Below are positions 23,034-36,319 of a stretch of 64,000 nucleotides of DNA, one piece after another (the first letter of the stretch is position 1; each line of letters starts with the position of its first letter). The DNA is from Eledone cirrhosa (Eukaryota), in assembly GCA_964016885.1 (NCBI GenBank), contig OZ024746.1, positions 50,902,001-50,966,000 of the forward strand, read 5' to 3'. The translations under genes and the position numbers were made by a program. The notes below the pieces were generated by a model. That model did not search any database and was not told the DNA's origin. It saw nothing but the letters and a program-made list of their open reading frames with translations.

Positions 23034-25724
23034 GTACTTTTTCTTGCGTTTGTACAACTGTTGTGTACCCAATGGCTATAATGTGTGAGTGTATGTACAG
23101 AAAGTATGAGCAAATAAGAGATATATCACCAAATACATAATACGAGAGATGAATTACATTGAATGAGTTGTTAGAAATGATAGAAATTAGAGACAAAAAG
23201 ATCACTCGTAAATATCAGCCATTTTGTTTTTATGAATCATTCACTGTCATTAGTGGAAACTTTATAAAACCTGAGCCGTTTTGAAGAATTCACAATTTTT
23301 GATCGTTGAACGCTATCTTCCATTGCTTAGGAATGAATCAGCAGTCATTGACTGGAGTCTATAGTCATTTATAGATTGACCTTAATTAGTTTTAAATTCA
23401 TGTTATATTGATAAGAAAGACTGTAAAAGATGAAAAAGAAAGCATCTATAAATGATAGCGAATGAAAAACCAACAATAAACAAAAATTAAAAAAAATTGT
23501 CAGATTCAATAGAAAATTTTGAATTATCTAAATTCATTGAAATATCCACATGATATATTAAAAATATCTATATGATATTCCTCCACCAGGAGTTGCAGCC
23601 GTTAGATAGTATCAGCAACGGAAAGACCAATGGAAGCATTATTTCCATGGTCAGATTTGAAGAGTTCCACCCCACTCAGTAAGTGAATGAGGTCTGGGAT
23701 TTTGTCGATCGGTCGATAGATAAAACAAAAATGATATTACTTCAAACGAAAGGGATATTAGATATAAGCAACGGTTTGAGACAGATCCACTGGCGGGTTT
23801 TGAACTACTTGTGTATTGCTTATCAAGAGACCACATTCACGATTGTACTATAAAATAGATTACAACCATCCATCTCTCACAAACTAGATATTTAATGACA
23901 GATATTATAAGGTTTATAGAAGTGTACAAGGATTTCCATCTTAGGATTATTTAAGAATGTAACTACCCCGAATTATTCATTATATTTATTATATAAAATT
24001 AAAAGGACCTTTTCTCAAATATATAACTTGCATAGAACTACAAAAAGACGCACATTGACCACCGAATTAACCTTTAATCTCCGGAATATCAAGAATAAGT
24101 GTACAGTAGAACTGTAAAAGAATCAAGGAACAGTGAACTCGGCAGACGTAGTTATTTTGTAAAGTGCTCACACACTGTGAAACAATCTCGAAGGTTCTCC
24201 ACCCCTACACATTGCATACGAAATAGTTGCTGGTTTTATTTAACCCCTAACATATTTTGACAGACAAGTGAAAATTAACCGAACCATGAATACATCGCAG
24301 CAAAATTCAAAATAACAAATATTAAAGAAAGGAGAAAGGTGCAATCATCATTAGGACAGATTTTGTTTCGAATTTATCTCTAATTTATGTATTGCTACAA
24401 CATGGAAGGCATTTACTATCACCTTGAATTAACTTAATGCATCACCCTCGCCTTTAATCCCACGTTGTCATGATGTTGTGCCAAATATTACACACATCGC
24501 ACACAGTATCACATAACATACACCCGTATCGGTAGCACACCACACACTAAATAACAAAATATATATCCCTCTCTCCTACATATATCATACACTTGCAACA
24601 TACCAGAATAATATACTAGAGAACACACACTGGATTCCACTAAACTGTGTACAGCCCCATCAGCTCTATAATTACAGTCTATACATACTATATATCTATA
24701 CACACAGTCTATACCACTATATATCTATCTACTTTAAAATGCACTGCTACACAACCCGTACAAAGAAACACCACTATATCACAACATTAAACACATGATA
24801 TTATATAAAACACTTTACTCTACAGGAGCCTCTACATGGTTGCTCGACTTGCTAGATACAGCAGGCAAATCCCCAACAAATAACACCCTAACAGATTGAA
24901 AATTGGAAGGAGGTTAGAAAATATAGTCTTAGATACCCTGTGTTTGAATAAAGAACAGGTGAGTCCCGCTCATATTCATACACATTTATATGTGCGAATG
25001 TATACGTATATATATGTATGTATGTATATGGAGATATATATATATGTATATTTAGATGGACATACAAACTGACACATTCACACACATACACACACACACA
25101 CACATACACATATTAATATGGTGCGCAAGTCTATCTTTTCCCATACAGTAATATGTGTATGTACCCACAACATGGATAAGTGGTGGTGGAATGGTTTTGT
25201 GCTGAGGTGGAAGACGTCTATATTTAGCAAAATGAATAATCTGATTTAAAAACAGATCAATATATTCCCAAGCTGTTTCTCTATTGAACGGTATAGATGT
25301 TATACATTACGGCCTGCCTGTCACTGAATCCCAACATATAACTACTACCACACAACAACAACTATTCACCACATTCATACTACCTCAAAACGGCCATAAC
25401 CACTGTCTCACGGTATTTGTAAACATTGGGTCACATCAGTTAAGCACTCTACCACAAAGTAACCACCTCACAAAGCTATAATCTCTACCTCAATATAGTC
25501 ATAATTGCAATCTAGCAACACTACTAACAACTGTCTCACAACAGCTATTATAACAGCTCTATAATCCCTCTACCTCAAATAACATTTCTAATATACACAA
25601 TATCTCTAAACTTTAGAAACTTTCTAAATATTTAACAGCTATAACAGTTTGTATCGGTTATTATTAAAACCTCACAATAACTATTGTTAAGTTATCACTA
25701 TTAGTTCTGTCTTATGACTGTCTA

Positions 25725-25920
25725 GCTATCTGTGCCCCTGGATCACATCACTATCATTAAGATTGAATATATGTGCCCCTGAATCACATCACTATTACTT
25801 CTCTCTTTTATTGTCAAGATTGAATATTTGTGCTCCTATATTACATCACTATTATTAAGATTGAATATCTGTGCTCCTGGAATACATCACAATCATTAAG
25901 ATTGAATATCTGTGCTCCTT
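25725..25920. repeat. Degenerate ~41-bp minisatellite, 4-5 copies
   Basis: TATCTGTGC(C/T)CCTGGATCACATCACTATCATTAAGATTGAA repeated. Confidence 0.8.
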
Positions 25921-27754
25921 GTCGTATAAATAACAGTATCTCTAACCACACAACAAAGAACTATAATCTCAACACTGCATAACAATAATCCAGCTTAAAA
26001 TAATTTTCCAGCCTCAAATTTACTAACTCACTCTCGTTATCCCAGCATTAAAGTAGTTATCACTTCTGTTAAACAACTAGACAATATATATGACAATAGT
26101 AATTTTCTGCTTTACAACTAATATATCTGCCTCACAACAACTATCACTATTCAAAAACCTCCATCACAATCTCATAATATTTGTTTCTGTATTTGTCACA
26201 CAATTTCTGTCTCCTCACAACAGCTGCTACTACTCCTCACGGATTATTAGCGACCAAAAACGTCCAATAACTAGCATAACTTCGCAATAGCTATCGATTA
26301 GCTTCACAACACCTTTCAACATTGCAACACAACAAAATCAATTGCAACAACAATCAATCACTACCTATTAACATTAACCATTTTCCTACCTCACAACATC
26401 ACCGATAACAGTCATAACAAAACATATTATTATCTCACAACTCACTTCTTCACAACAGCACGGCAGCTTCAAAACTGCTAACAACTACCTCACAGTATCA
26501 ACAATAGCCATCACCATACATGCTAAATTGTCCACAAAATATAACAACTTCTGCGCGTCACGAAGATATTATACAGCATATACTTCGACATATGACGTCA
26601 TAACCGCTGTCGTAATAACTAGCGTTACGTATTTTCTTTAATATGACGTCATAAATGACATAAATGGTGGCATATATTGATGGTTATAACATTTGTGTTA
26701 ACCGCGTCACCCTTTTCGTTATATAATCAGTATTTCCGATATATATATAGCTTTCGTTTGAATAACACATTATTTATGTTCAAGATCAAAATAATTCTGG
26801 TATGCTACGCTAGGTCTGGTGTATAATATAATTTCTGATACAAGATATATATTGTGATTACGAAATATTATCAAAGAAAATTTGTGATATGTTTACGAAA
26901 ATAACATTATTTCCAACAGCAACAACACTCACAACTCTCCTAAACGCCAGCGTCACTTTCCACATTACTACATACCACAAATGTTGCAACGTCACAGCCT
27001 ATCACATGTATTACGTTAACGTATTTTATGATCATAAGAAACGTAATTTGGGATTATAATGTTGTATTCATCCTAAATAACGCCATTTTTATTTTACTGC
27101 AACAACAATCACAACTATTTTAAACGTCAACGTCACTGTTTACGCTATCTACTACAAACATTGCAACACTGGGACGTATAACGTGTATTACGCTAACGTC
27201 TTTTCTGATCATAAATAACGTCATTCTGGTTTAGAATGTCGTATGCAACCGCAATAACTATTACACCAATCTCAACGTCATTGCAACTTCAACGCCATTA
27301 CCATAAAGAATTACGTTGCATGTATGTGACGTTAATATTAACGTCATCTATTTACTTCAGCATTTAAGATACAATGTCAACATAATTCAACTGACCAATT
27401 GTATTTAATATCGCGTGATAAAGCCATGTCATAGTATTGCTGTCATAAATAACGTCAAAATCATGTATAACCGCCATTCAAAGTTTCTCTATCTACAATG
27501 CTAAACCGTTAAACGGATTGTTTGTAACACTATAAAGCTGCTTTCTATAAATGGCACACGGCAATGTCAAAATCGTTAGATATCTTACCAAATAACGTTA
27601 AACAACCTGTATATCATTAAACGTTTTAAAATAAAACGTCATATAAAGTCACTTCGGTAAGAAACAGCTATCAAACATCGTTCATGCTACGTTAACAAAC
27701 AATTGAAAATAATAATATAATGAACCAACCGTTGACGCCATATGACCTTTAAAA

Positions 27755-27880
27755 TAACTGTTTCTACTTTTGGTACAAGGCCAGCAATTATCCTAGTGCA
27801 TTACTGGTACTTTACTTTATCGACCCCGTAAGGATAAAAGGCACAGTTAACCCTGGCTGGATTTGAACTCAGACCTTAAA
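27755..27880 (-). mobile_element. tRNA-derived SINE fragment
   Basis: Reverse complement of the short SINE variant. Confidence 0.8.
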
Positions 27881-29005
27881 GCCTTAACATAAGATAATTA
27901 CGTTGAGCCTCTCCATACAAATAAATAAACTGTTATATAACGTTGATAACGACACCAACGTTAACGTAATGGAACAATCACTTAACGGCTAAAGCGTCCA
28001 GGTCATCAAATGCATTAAAACCATTCATATATCATACGACCATAGACGTCAATACTGTAAGCCGTTTGGAGATATTTATATAACGTCACAAACATCAACG
28101 TTACACGTCATTTGTTTAATGTAATTCACTTCAATGTGTTTCAAACATTTTCTACAATAGTAACCCTATAACAATATCTGGCTTAACGTCACTATTGTGT
28201 TGCAATATCTCCATACCGTTGCCCCACTAACGTCATATAGAAAGACTCATTTATATGTTTCTCTACATTGGTATCATATCTACAATACTACTAAAACGCC
28301 ATCTTTGTGACGGTTGTCATAGTAACATCGTTCTCGGCTTTAGTTAACCGTCTCCTTTGTATGTATATATGTAGGGTACGAAGTATAGAGTACGGGCTAT
28401 ATACAGCATAGTGTTGAATGCAGAGTATATACTGAAGATTTCAGGGAATTACGTACCATAGTATACATTCTATGAGTTATAAGAAAAACAAGATACATAC
28501 TATAGGATACGCAATTCGGGGTACATAGTGAGGTGTGGGGTACAAACTAAGTGTACCGTAGTGGGAAAGCACATACTAAGTAAAGCAGGCTATATACCAT
28601 AGAGTACAAACAACAGGATAGTTGCTACTGATTAGAAAAATCCAGCCTATATGCTACAGGGAACCCAATAACAGGTACATTAAATGAATAAAGACATAAA
28701 GTTATGAGATGACTGCGGAAGCTGGTAGAGAGGGTAGCGTGAAGTAAGAAAGGTACGCGTGGGGTAAGGACCAATAGAGTACACGATTGAGCTGGTTTAT
28801 ATAAATGAAAAAATAGATAACACAGTGGACTGAGTGGAGGTTTTAAGGTTGTTGAGTGTATCGACATGCTCAGAGAGTACTGTATTTGAAGGTAGAATGA
28901 AGTACATTCTACTACTTAGAGAGCTGAGGTTTGTAGAACAGGGTGGGTGTGTTGAGTAGAAAAGCGTAGGTAGAAACTGAAGACTCTATTTGACGGGGGT
29001 ACTAA

Positions 29006-29079
<74 letters not shown>

Positions 29080-29128
29080 AGGATATTAAAATAGAATAGT
29101 GCATCTATCTAACTATCTGTCTGTCTGC

Positions 29129-29162
<34 letters not shown>

Positions 29163-29271
29163 ATAAATACACGTCTGTTAATACACACAATATTGCAAAA
29201 CCCCAGAGAAATATACTTACCATAATAATGCCAAAATAAAATAGTATATCATTCTCACTGCCCCCCCCCCC

Positions 29272-29311
<40 letters not shown>

Positions 29312-31557
29312 ATAATAATAAAATTGAAGACTAAAATCCAAAGAGGGCTCGATAAGGAAAATATATATCAAATATATAAGAACCGTAGAGCAAATATTTA
29401 TTAAAATAACAGATTAAAGTTTAAGCAATTAAACTTTAATCTGTTATTTTAATAAATATATATACATATATATATATATAGAGAGGGAGAGCATAAAGTG
29501 CTGGATAGTCAACAATATATTGAGTTAAATGATGCTGTACATTACCCTATTTGATTAATTTGGAACAGTGTTTTATGTAAATCAGAATATTCACATCTAA
29601 AATACCTGCTTAGCGTTGGGGAGACAAATTGTGTTTCTACCTTTTATTGGCCATCCTTTCGAACAAATCGAGATATGAATCGACTTGCTAATCGCTTGGC
29701 TAAGGTAAAAATACGTCCAGAAGACTGAACATTATATAATGATGCCTAAAAAATAACCTAACTGAAATAAGGATTTCATATTATAAATATTTATAAACTG
29801 TATACTAATTAAATGACATAAGAGAAGCCTCCTCGCCACCTCCTAACACAATATAATTAGCTGAAGTAAGTGACATTAAATATACACGCACGTACACAGT
29901 TTCGTAATCAAATGATATGTAATTTGTACGATATGGCGTACTATAGAAGTCATTGACATTAAATATGACATTTTGTAACTAGGCTAGGTCACGTGGTGTT
30001 TGGGACTTTGCGAATTTGATTTGTCAATAGCCGTTACATTTGTTATTAAGCGTTAATAAGTTTCTTTTATCGCTTCTCAGTCTCTATTTTTGTTATTGTT
30101 GCTGTTTTTGCTGTTGTAATAACAGTAATACTAATTAGTATTACTATTGTTAGTATTGTCGTTTTACATCAACCCTAGAATTTCTCACGTATAATTAACT
30201 ACAGATAGGACGAAAGAGTTTATTGTGCAAGAACTCGGCAGCCAAACCAAACCAAACCAAACCAAACAAATCACTGTAACCACTATCACCATTAACAATT
30301 ACGACCAAAACACCATTAATACCGACGACGACCTATACAACCACGGCCATCACCATCACCATCACCACTGCCGCTACAGTCACATGCACCACCACTATCA
30401 CAACCAGCGCTGCCACCACCAGCAGCACCACTGAGAATTAGATACATAGATAAGTTGTAGGATAGATAGGAAGATATAGACATTCATAGAAAATAGGTTG
30501 ACAGATTAAATGATAGATTTTAGTTAAATAGCCATGCAACAACTAAACAGACAAGTTAGGAAATAATCGGATTGACAGCTACGTTTTCCTCTCTCTATAT
30601 ATAATTGTATGTTTGGACATATATATATATGAGAGAGAGAGAAAGGGTATAATCTGTTAGATAAACAGATATAGCTAGGCACATAAAGATAAAAATAAAC
30701 CCTGGTCTTTAATCCTTTGACATGATTTGCATTGAGCAATATTCGTAGATGTCTCCGTCCTGTCAGGTTCTGTTATATAGAATTTCATAAGTCTTGTTTG
30801 AGAAACTAGTGCAGGTTTTGTTATATAGAATTTTGTAAGTCTTGTTTGAGAAACCAGTGCAATAATCTAAGGTGCAACAAATTCCTAATTTTAATATTAA
30901 ATCCACCTCGACATTCCTTCATATACTAGTACAAAGGTACAATTAAATGCTCAGATGAACACAACTAAAAAGCTGTATATCTGAAGTCTTCAAACTTCCC
31001 CTGATTGTTGTGATAAAGAAAAATATAAACTCAAAATTATCTACAATTTTACTATTTAATTAATCTTTAATTTTCGTCGCGCTGCTTTTGTATCGTCATG
31101 TTGAGAAAAAATAAAACAAAAAAAAATTGTAAGAGATACACAGAACATTGTTGATGGCAAACATTGGTTTGTTTGTGAACAGAACGGAAACCATGTTTTA
31201 TTTCTCAAAAGACCGCCATTTGTAAAAGCAACAAATTTACTCCAAATTTGAACAGCGGTTTGACCAAACAATAATCAAAGCTGAAACGAAACTCGTTTTA
31301 AAGAGTCGAATGTTAATCTTGAACAATACCACCACTAACGACAACAGCAACAACCGCAGAAATAATTTGCAATGAATTTGTTTATTTTAAAACCAAAACG
31401 CTCCAAAAATTAAAATGTGCGCATTATATTAATTTATATGAATAATTAAATGTATATATATATGTATATGTCTATATATATGATCGAGGAGGAAACCCTT
31501 CCCCGCCATTACTTTCATTTCTATTTCCTTTACGTTTAAAACTTGTTTAACAGATTT

Positions 31558-31597
<40 letters not shown>

Positions 31598-31667
31598 ACA
31601 ATAGTACTCTATACGAACAAGATTTGCACGATATATTTGATTCGTCGTCAGAGAGAGAGAGAGAGAG

Positions 31668-31731
<64 letters not shown>

Positions 31732-32202
31732 GATGTGACGAACGTGGAACATCAGGCTAAGCATTGTCTATGCAACATGGAGTTTAAAGATAATATAGGA
31801 ACAAAATTGTCATAGGTAACATATCTTAATGCTGATCTTACATTGGACGTCGTCATGTTAAACGTTATCTATGATTACAGAATTAATATATATATATGGA
31901 GTTCAATGATAATATATAAAGCAAAGATACCACACATCTTCCTTTCGATATTCTTAAAATGGAAGCTTGTCACATATTTCATGAGTGAAATTTGCTTTAT
32001 CGCTTTCTTGACAATACAGCAATAATATTTGAACCTTTTCTCATTAATATTGTGTAATATTTTCCATCACTGCCAACTCCTCTCTCTGCTGTGGAAAGCA
32101 TCCAAACGACTATAACTGCTAAAATTTATTTACAAGTTATTTGTATTATCAACAACTATAACAATAACATTTACATAAACTATACACTTCATTTTAAATT
32201 AA

Positions 32203-33390
32203 ATGTTTCTATTGATGCGAAAACGCAAGAGAACGTTAACTATGGTGACTGCAGGCATCATCTTTGCTCTGCCGTCACCATTTTTCATGGTATTTATCTG
32301 TGCTGTTATAACTATTCTTATTTACAGCTGGAAGTTCTTCCAGATCAGCGATGCCATGCCAGTCGCTTATTACAAGGAGTCAGCTCTAGCGACACACATC
32401 AAGAAAAAATGCAGGCAACTTTGTCAGCCGTTTAAGCCAACCTTATGGCTCAGGAACAACCACGTTCAAACCTTGATTTCACCATGGCTGTCCAACCCAC
32501 ATGTGCAATACGAAAGAGAGTATTTACAGATGAGGGACCGCGGTATTGTTTCCCTCGATTGGGCATCGATCCGAGACAGACGTATTCGAGAAACGAACAC
32601 CGTCTTTATTATTATCCCGGATGTGGCTCGTGATGCAACCAGCGTTAGCCGGTTAACAAGACACGCAGCTGACAGAGGTTTTCGTGTGGTCGTCTTCAAC
32701 CGACGAGGTCACGCTAACAGTTTCTTGACTTCCCCTAAACTACAAGGTTTCGGAGACCCGACAGATTTGAGACAAGTGGTCAAATATATCCGGGGAGTTT
32801 ATAGCCGAGCCAATTTGGTGGCGGTAGCGATAGGAACGGGCAGCGGCCTATTACTTTCCTATCTTGGCGAATACGGTTCTTCAGCCCATCTCGCCGCTAG
32901 TGTGTGTGTTTCTGCCTGCTACGAAGCGCAGGAAATGTTAGGGAAAGACTTGAAGAATATATACGACTTTTTCTACCTCCTTAGACAAAAGAAGGCCTTG
33001 AGCTCTCACGTGCCGGCTCTCACCGGTCACTTAGATTTACTGTCATTGTTTAACAGTTGGACATTTCGTGACTTCGACGAGAAGCTGTACTGTAAGATGC
33101 ACGGACACAAATCTATAGAAGAATATTGGGAGCGAAATAACCCGATGAGAGACGCAGATGATATAGCTGTACCACTGATGTGTATCAACAGTCTCGATGA
33201 TCCAATGTTTCCTAAAAGCAATATCCCTTATGATCTGTTTAAATGTTACCCCAACCTATTTCTTGTGGTCACCGAAAAAGGGGGGCACTGCGGTTTCATC
33301 GAGAACTTGACGGCTGCAGTGTCGTGGGCCGAGTGTTTAACAATTCGCTATATCGAGGCTGTGTTGGACGCTCAACTTAAAATAAAATAA
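32203..33390 (+). CDS. ABHD15: Alpha/beta hydrolase domain protein, ABHD15-like (ABHD1/2/3/15 family), single coding exon with N-terminal membrane anchor
   Basis: 395-aa ORF: NNHVQT, YEREYLQMRDRGIVSLDW, VVVFNRRGH, AVAIGTGSGLLLSYLGEYGSS (no GxSxG serine, as I recall for ABHD15), SLDDP and GGHCGF. True start may be the ATG at 32242. Confidence 0.88.
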   Translation: MFLLMRKRKRTLTMVTAGIIFALPSPFFMVFICAVITILIYSWKFFQISDAMPVAYYKESALATHIKKKCRQLCQPFKPTLWLRNNHVQTLISPWLSNPHVQYEREYLQMRDRGIVSLDWASIRDRRIRETNTVFIIIPDVARDATSVSRLTRHAADRGFRVVVFNRRGHANSFLTSPKLQGFGDPTDLRQVVKYIRGVYSRANLVAVAIGTGSGLLLSYLGEYGSSAHLAASVCVSACYEAQEMLGKDLKNIYDFFYLLRQKKALSSHVPALTGHLDLLSLFNSWTFRDFDEKLYCKMHGHKSIEEYWERNNPMRDADDIAVPLMCINSLDDPMFPKSNIPYDLFKCYPNLFLVVTEKGGHCGFIENLTAAVSWAECLTIRYIEAVLDAQLKIK

Positions 33391-33496
33391 CGATTGTTGT
33401 TGTTGTTGTTATTGCTGTTGTTGTTATAATTATTACTATTATTATTATTGTCATTATTGATGTTGTTGTAGTTGTTGTTATCATTGTTATTATTAT

Positions 33497-34140
33497 AGAG
33501 GGCGGGGTAATGACAGTACCGGTAGAGGGTCGGACAATGTACTTTGCAGCATAGAGTTACGGCCCTTTATGATCTGAGTTCAAATCCTGCCGAGGTTAAC
33601 TTTGCCCTTTATCCTTACGGGATCGATAAAATAAAGTAACAGTAATGCACTGGGTAATTGCTGGCCTTGTGCCAAACGTAGAAACAATTATTATAGAGGG
33701 CGGGGGATTGACAGTATCGGTAGAGGGTTGGACAACATACTTTGCAGCATAGAGTTACGGCCCTTTATGATCTGAGTTCAAATGCTGTCGAGGTTAACTT
33801 TGCCGTTTATCCTTATAAGGTCGATAAAATAAAGTACCAGTAACGCACTGGGGTCGATTTCATCGACTTTCCCTTCCCCCCAAATTGTTGGCCTTGTGCC
33901 TATATAAGAAACCATTATTATTATTTCTTCTTTCTCAAGGGCGATGGATTGGCAGTATCGATAGAGGGTCGGACGCCATGTTTTGACGTATAGAGTTACG
34001 GCCCTTTCCATTCTGAGTTCAAATCTCATCGAGGTTAACTTTGCCTTTCATCCTTACGGGGTTGATAAAATAAAGTACCAGTAATGCAAAAGTACCAGTA
34101 ATGCAAAATGTGCCAAAAGTAGAAACAATTATTATTATTT
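33497..34140 (+). mobile_element. Three tandem tRNA-derived SINE copies
   Basis: Starts at about 33497, 33695 and 33938; long and short variants; a further full copy at 34559-34785. Confidence 0.88.
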
Positions 34141-34899
34141 CTTCTTTCTCAGGCTGTCCTTTTGCCGTTTTACTAAACCAAGAGAGCGGGTTATAAGTAA
34201 TGAAATAAAAACTGAGATTATGATCCCACCAGCCTTCTCAAATTTTTAGCTGTTCCTAGGAGTGTTGTTTTATGTACTACCTTTACCTGAAGACCATGTT
34301 TTTCTATACATTAAAAAAAAAGATTTTGGTCAAACAACCAAGAGCACCTAACGCTATTGGTATGACCTCAACCTTTCTTAGGTTCCATATTATTTGGACT
34401 TCAATTCTAAGGTACTGGTATTTATTAACTTTCTCTATATCTTTTGTGTGGATCCACTCATCTACAGGAATGGTAATTCAGTAATTCCACATATTTCTCT
34501 CTTTTTGTCTATCACAACAATATAAGTTCCCCTTATTATTATATTATCACACTGTATAAGGGCGGTGGATTGGCAGTATCGGTAGAGCGTCGGACACCAT
34601 GCTTTGCAGCATAGAGTTACGCCCCTTTATGATCTGAGTTCAAATCCCGTCGAGGTTAACTTTGCCTTTCATCCTTACGGGGTCGATAAAATAAAGCACT
34701 AGTGATGCACTGGGGTCGATTTAATCGGCTTTCCCCTCGCCCCAAATTACTGACCTTGTGCCTATGGTAGAAATCATTATATTATCACACTGTATAGTTA
34801 TGTTCCATAATACCATTAAACCATCACTCTCAACTACTTCCTCTACTTGATGTTATACCACAGTTCATTCCGTTCCAGATGATACTTCCCACAGAGCTT

Positions 34900-35575
34900 T
34901 CAATGGATAATCTTAGCAATTTATCATGTCTCCTCTTGTATTCTATTTGGGCTAATTCTATTTTTATTTCTATGTTCATAGAACATAAGGGTAAATTAGA
35001 GAACATAGAAATAAAAATAAAATCTACACACAGAAAAGACGCAATGTTTAGACAAATCACAGAGGCAATAAACATAAATCAACTCCAACCAAAATTAAAT
35101 AGAAAACATGAGTGGAACAGCAACATCACAACTTACAATTAAGGACAAAATGAAAACACACACGCACATAGAACAAACAACCAACCAGTAACATGTAAAT
35201 AAACAAATAAATAAACGAATATAAACACACAGACACCGGGATGTAACACATGCGCAAACTAAGCACACAACACACATACAAAAACAAGATGGCGTAGGAC
35301 AACAAAGGAGAGGCACAAAAACAAAAAACAAAGAAAAGAATCCCCAGTCACTGAATGTGTGACGAAAGAACTTTGACAATATATAAACAATCATCTGGTT
35401 GTGGAACCAACCAACCAATCGGAAATTTATAAATTTAATTTATAATAAATTGAAGTGAAAGCAACTGGTGCGTGTGTTTCTTATTGGCAACATCACCCTC
35501 CCAAAGTATAACAATATCGGTTTCAACACACGTTTTCAGATAAGGAATCTTGTTAAACAAATTCAGAAACGAAAT
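34900..35575 (+). mobile_element. PLE 3' fragment (GIY-YIG C-terminus plus terminal repeat)
   Basis: HMFIEH-like region then IKIKSTHRKDAMFRQITEAININQLQPKLNRKHEWN. The tail is homologous to 50660-51035, which carries a hammerhead. Confidence 0.65.
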
Positions 35576-35810
35576 ATATATATATATATAGAAATGGCTT
35601 CTACAGGACTAGAACTGCTTCATTCGGGAGAAATCATCAGGGCTTCCTGTATAAATATCTATACTCTGCTATGTATTGAGTACCTTACTTACTGTAGTTA
35701 CCCCCGATTGAACCCGGGAACCCCCCCCCCCATATATATATATATATGTCCCAAGGCTCTGATACCATCAACACTATACACACAGAACTGGCATATCTAA
35801 GAACTGACTA

Positions 35811-35866
35811 ACTGCCTGATGAGGTCATAGCCATTCAATGGCTATCATCGAAATATATGTAGCAGT
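35811..35866 (+). ncRNA. Minimal type I hammerhead ribozyme
   Basis: ACTGC-CTGATGA-GGTCATAGCCAT(TCA)ATGGCTATCATC-GAAA-T-ATAT-G-TA-GCAGT. Confidence 0.88.
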
Positions 35867-35907
35867 AAATAAAGGATTATGAGTTCATGCAATTGACTTA
35901 TGTTTCG

Positions 35908-35959
<52 letters not shown>

Positions 35960-35961
<2 letters not shown>

Positions 35962-36310
35962 AAAGGTAAACAGAAACAACACAATCGGTACAGTATATGG
36001 AAGGTATATATTAGATTAACGCTTGATATAGCAGGAAGAGGGTCTTAACGTTTCGGATGCTAGTCCTTCATCAGAAGAAAGAATGAGAAATAAAATAGAT
36101 TGAGGGGACGAGCGGGATGGAATTGGAAAAAATGTCTTTAGATAGAAATAACAGGTCCATTCATGTTGACATCTCTTGCAAAACTGTTGATGCTGGCGTT
36201 TTGTGTATGATATATTTTAGAAAAGTGGATGATGGAGCGCATCTACCTGAAATGGAAAAAAAAAACGTTTTGTAAAAAGAGCTATACTTGAGCACGTGCG
36301 TAAGCATGTT
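35960..36310 (-). mobile_element. PLE terminal repeat with hammerhead 36043-36078
   Basis: TCTT-CTGATGA-AGGA(CTAGCA)TCC-GAAACGTT-AAGA on the minus strand; sister copy 55280-55620 with hammerhead 55353-55388. Confidence 0.75.
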
Positions 36311-36319
36311 TGTGTGTGT

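Noticed and set aside
23560-24400. Hairpin-rich segment (CCGTT/AACGG, GACC-ATGGAA/TTCCAT-GGTC) followed by possible decayed LINE ORF1
   Set aside because: No complete ribozyme core and protein similarity too weak to support by eye.
30225-30434. His-rich 69-aa ORF
   Set aside because: Degenerate (CAC/CAT)n low-complexity sequence with a non-ATG start.
33497-34785. tRNA genes
   Set aside because: A/B boxes belong to SINE heads; no complete cloverleaf or terminator. The 38434-38495 module also lacks a canonical acceptor stem.
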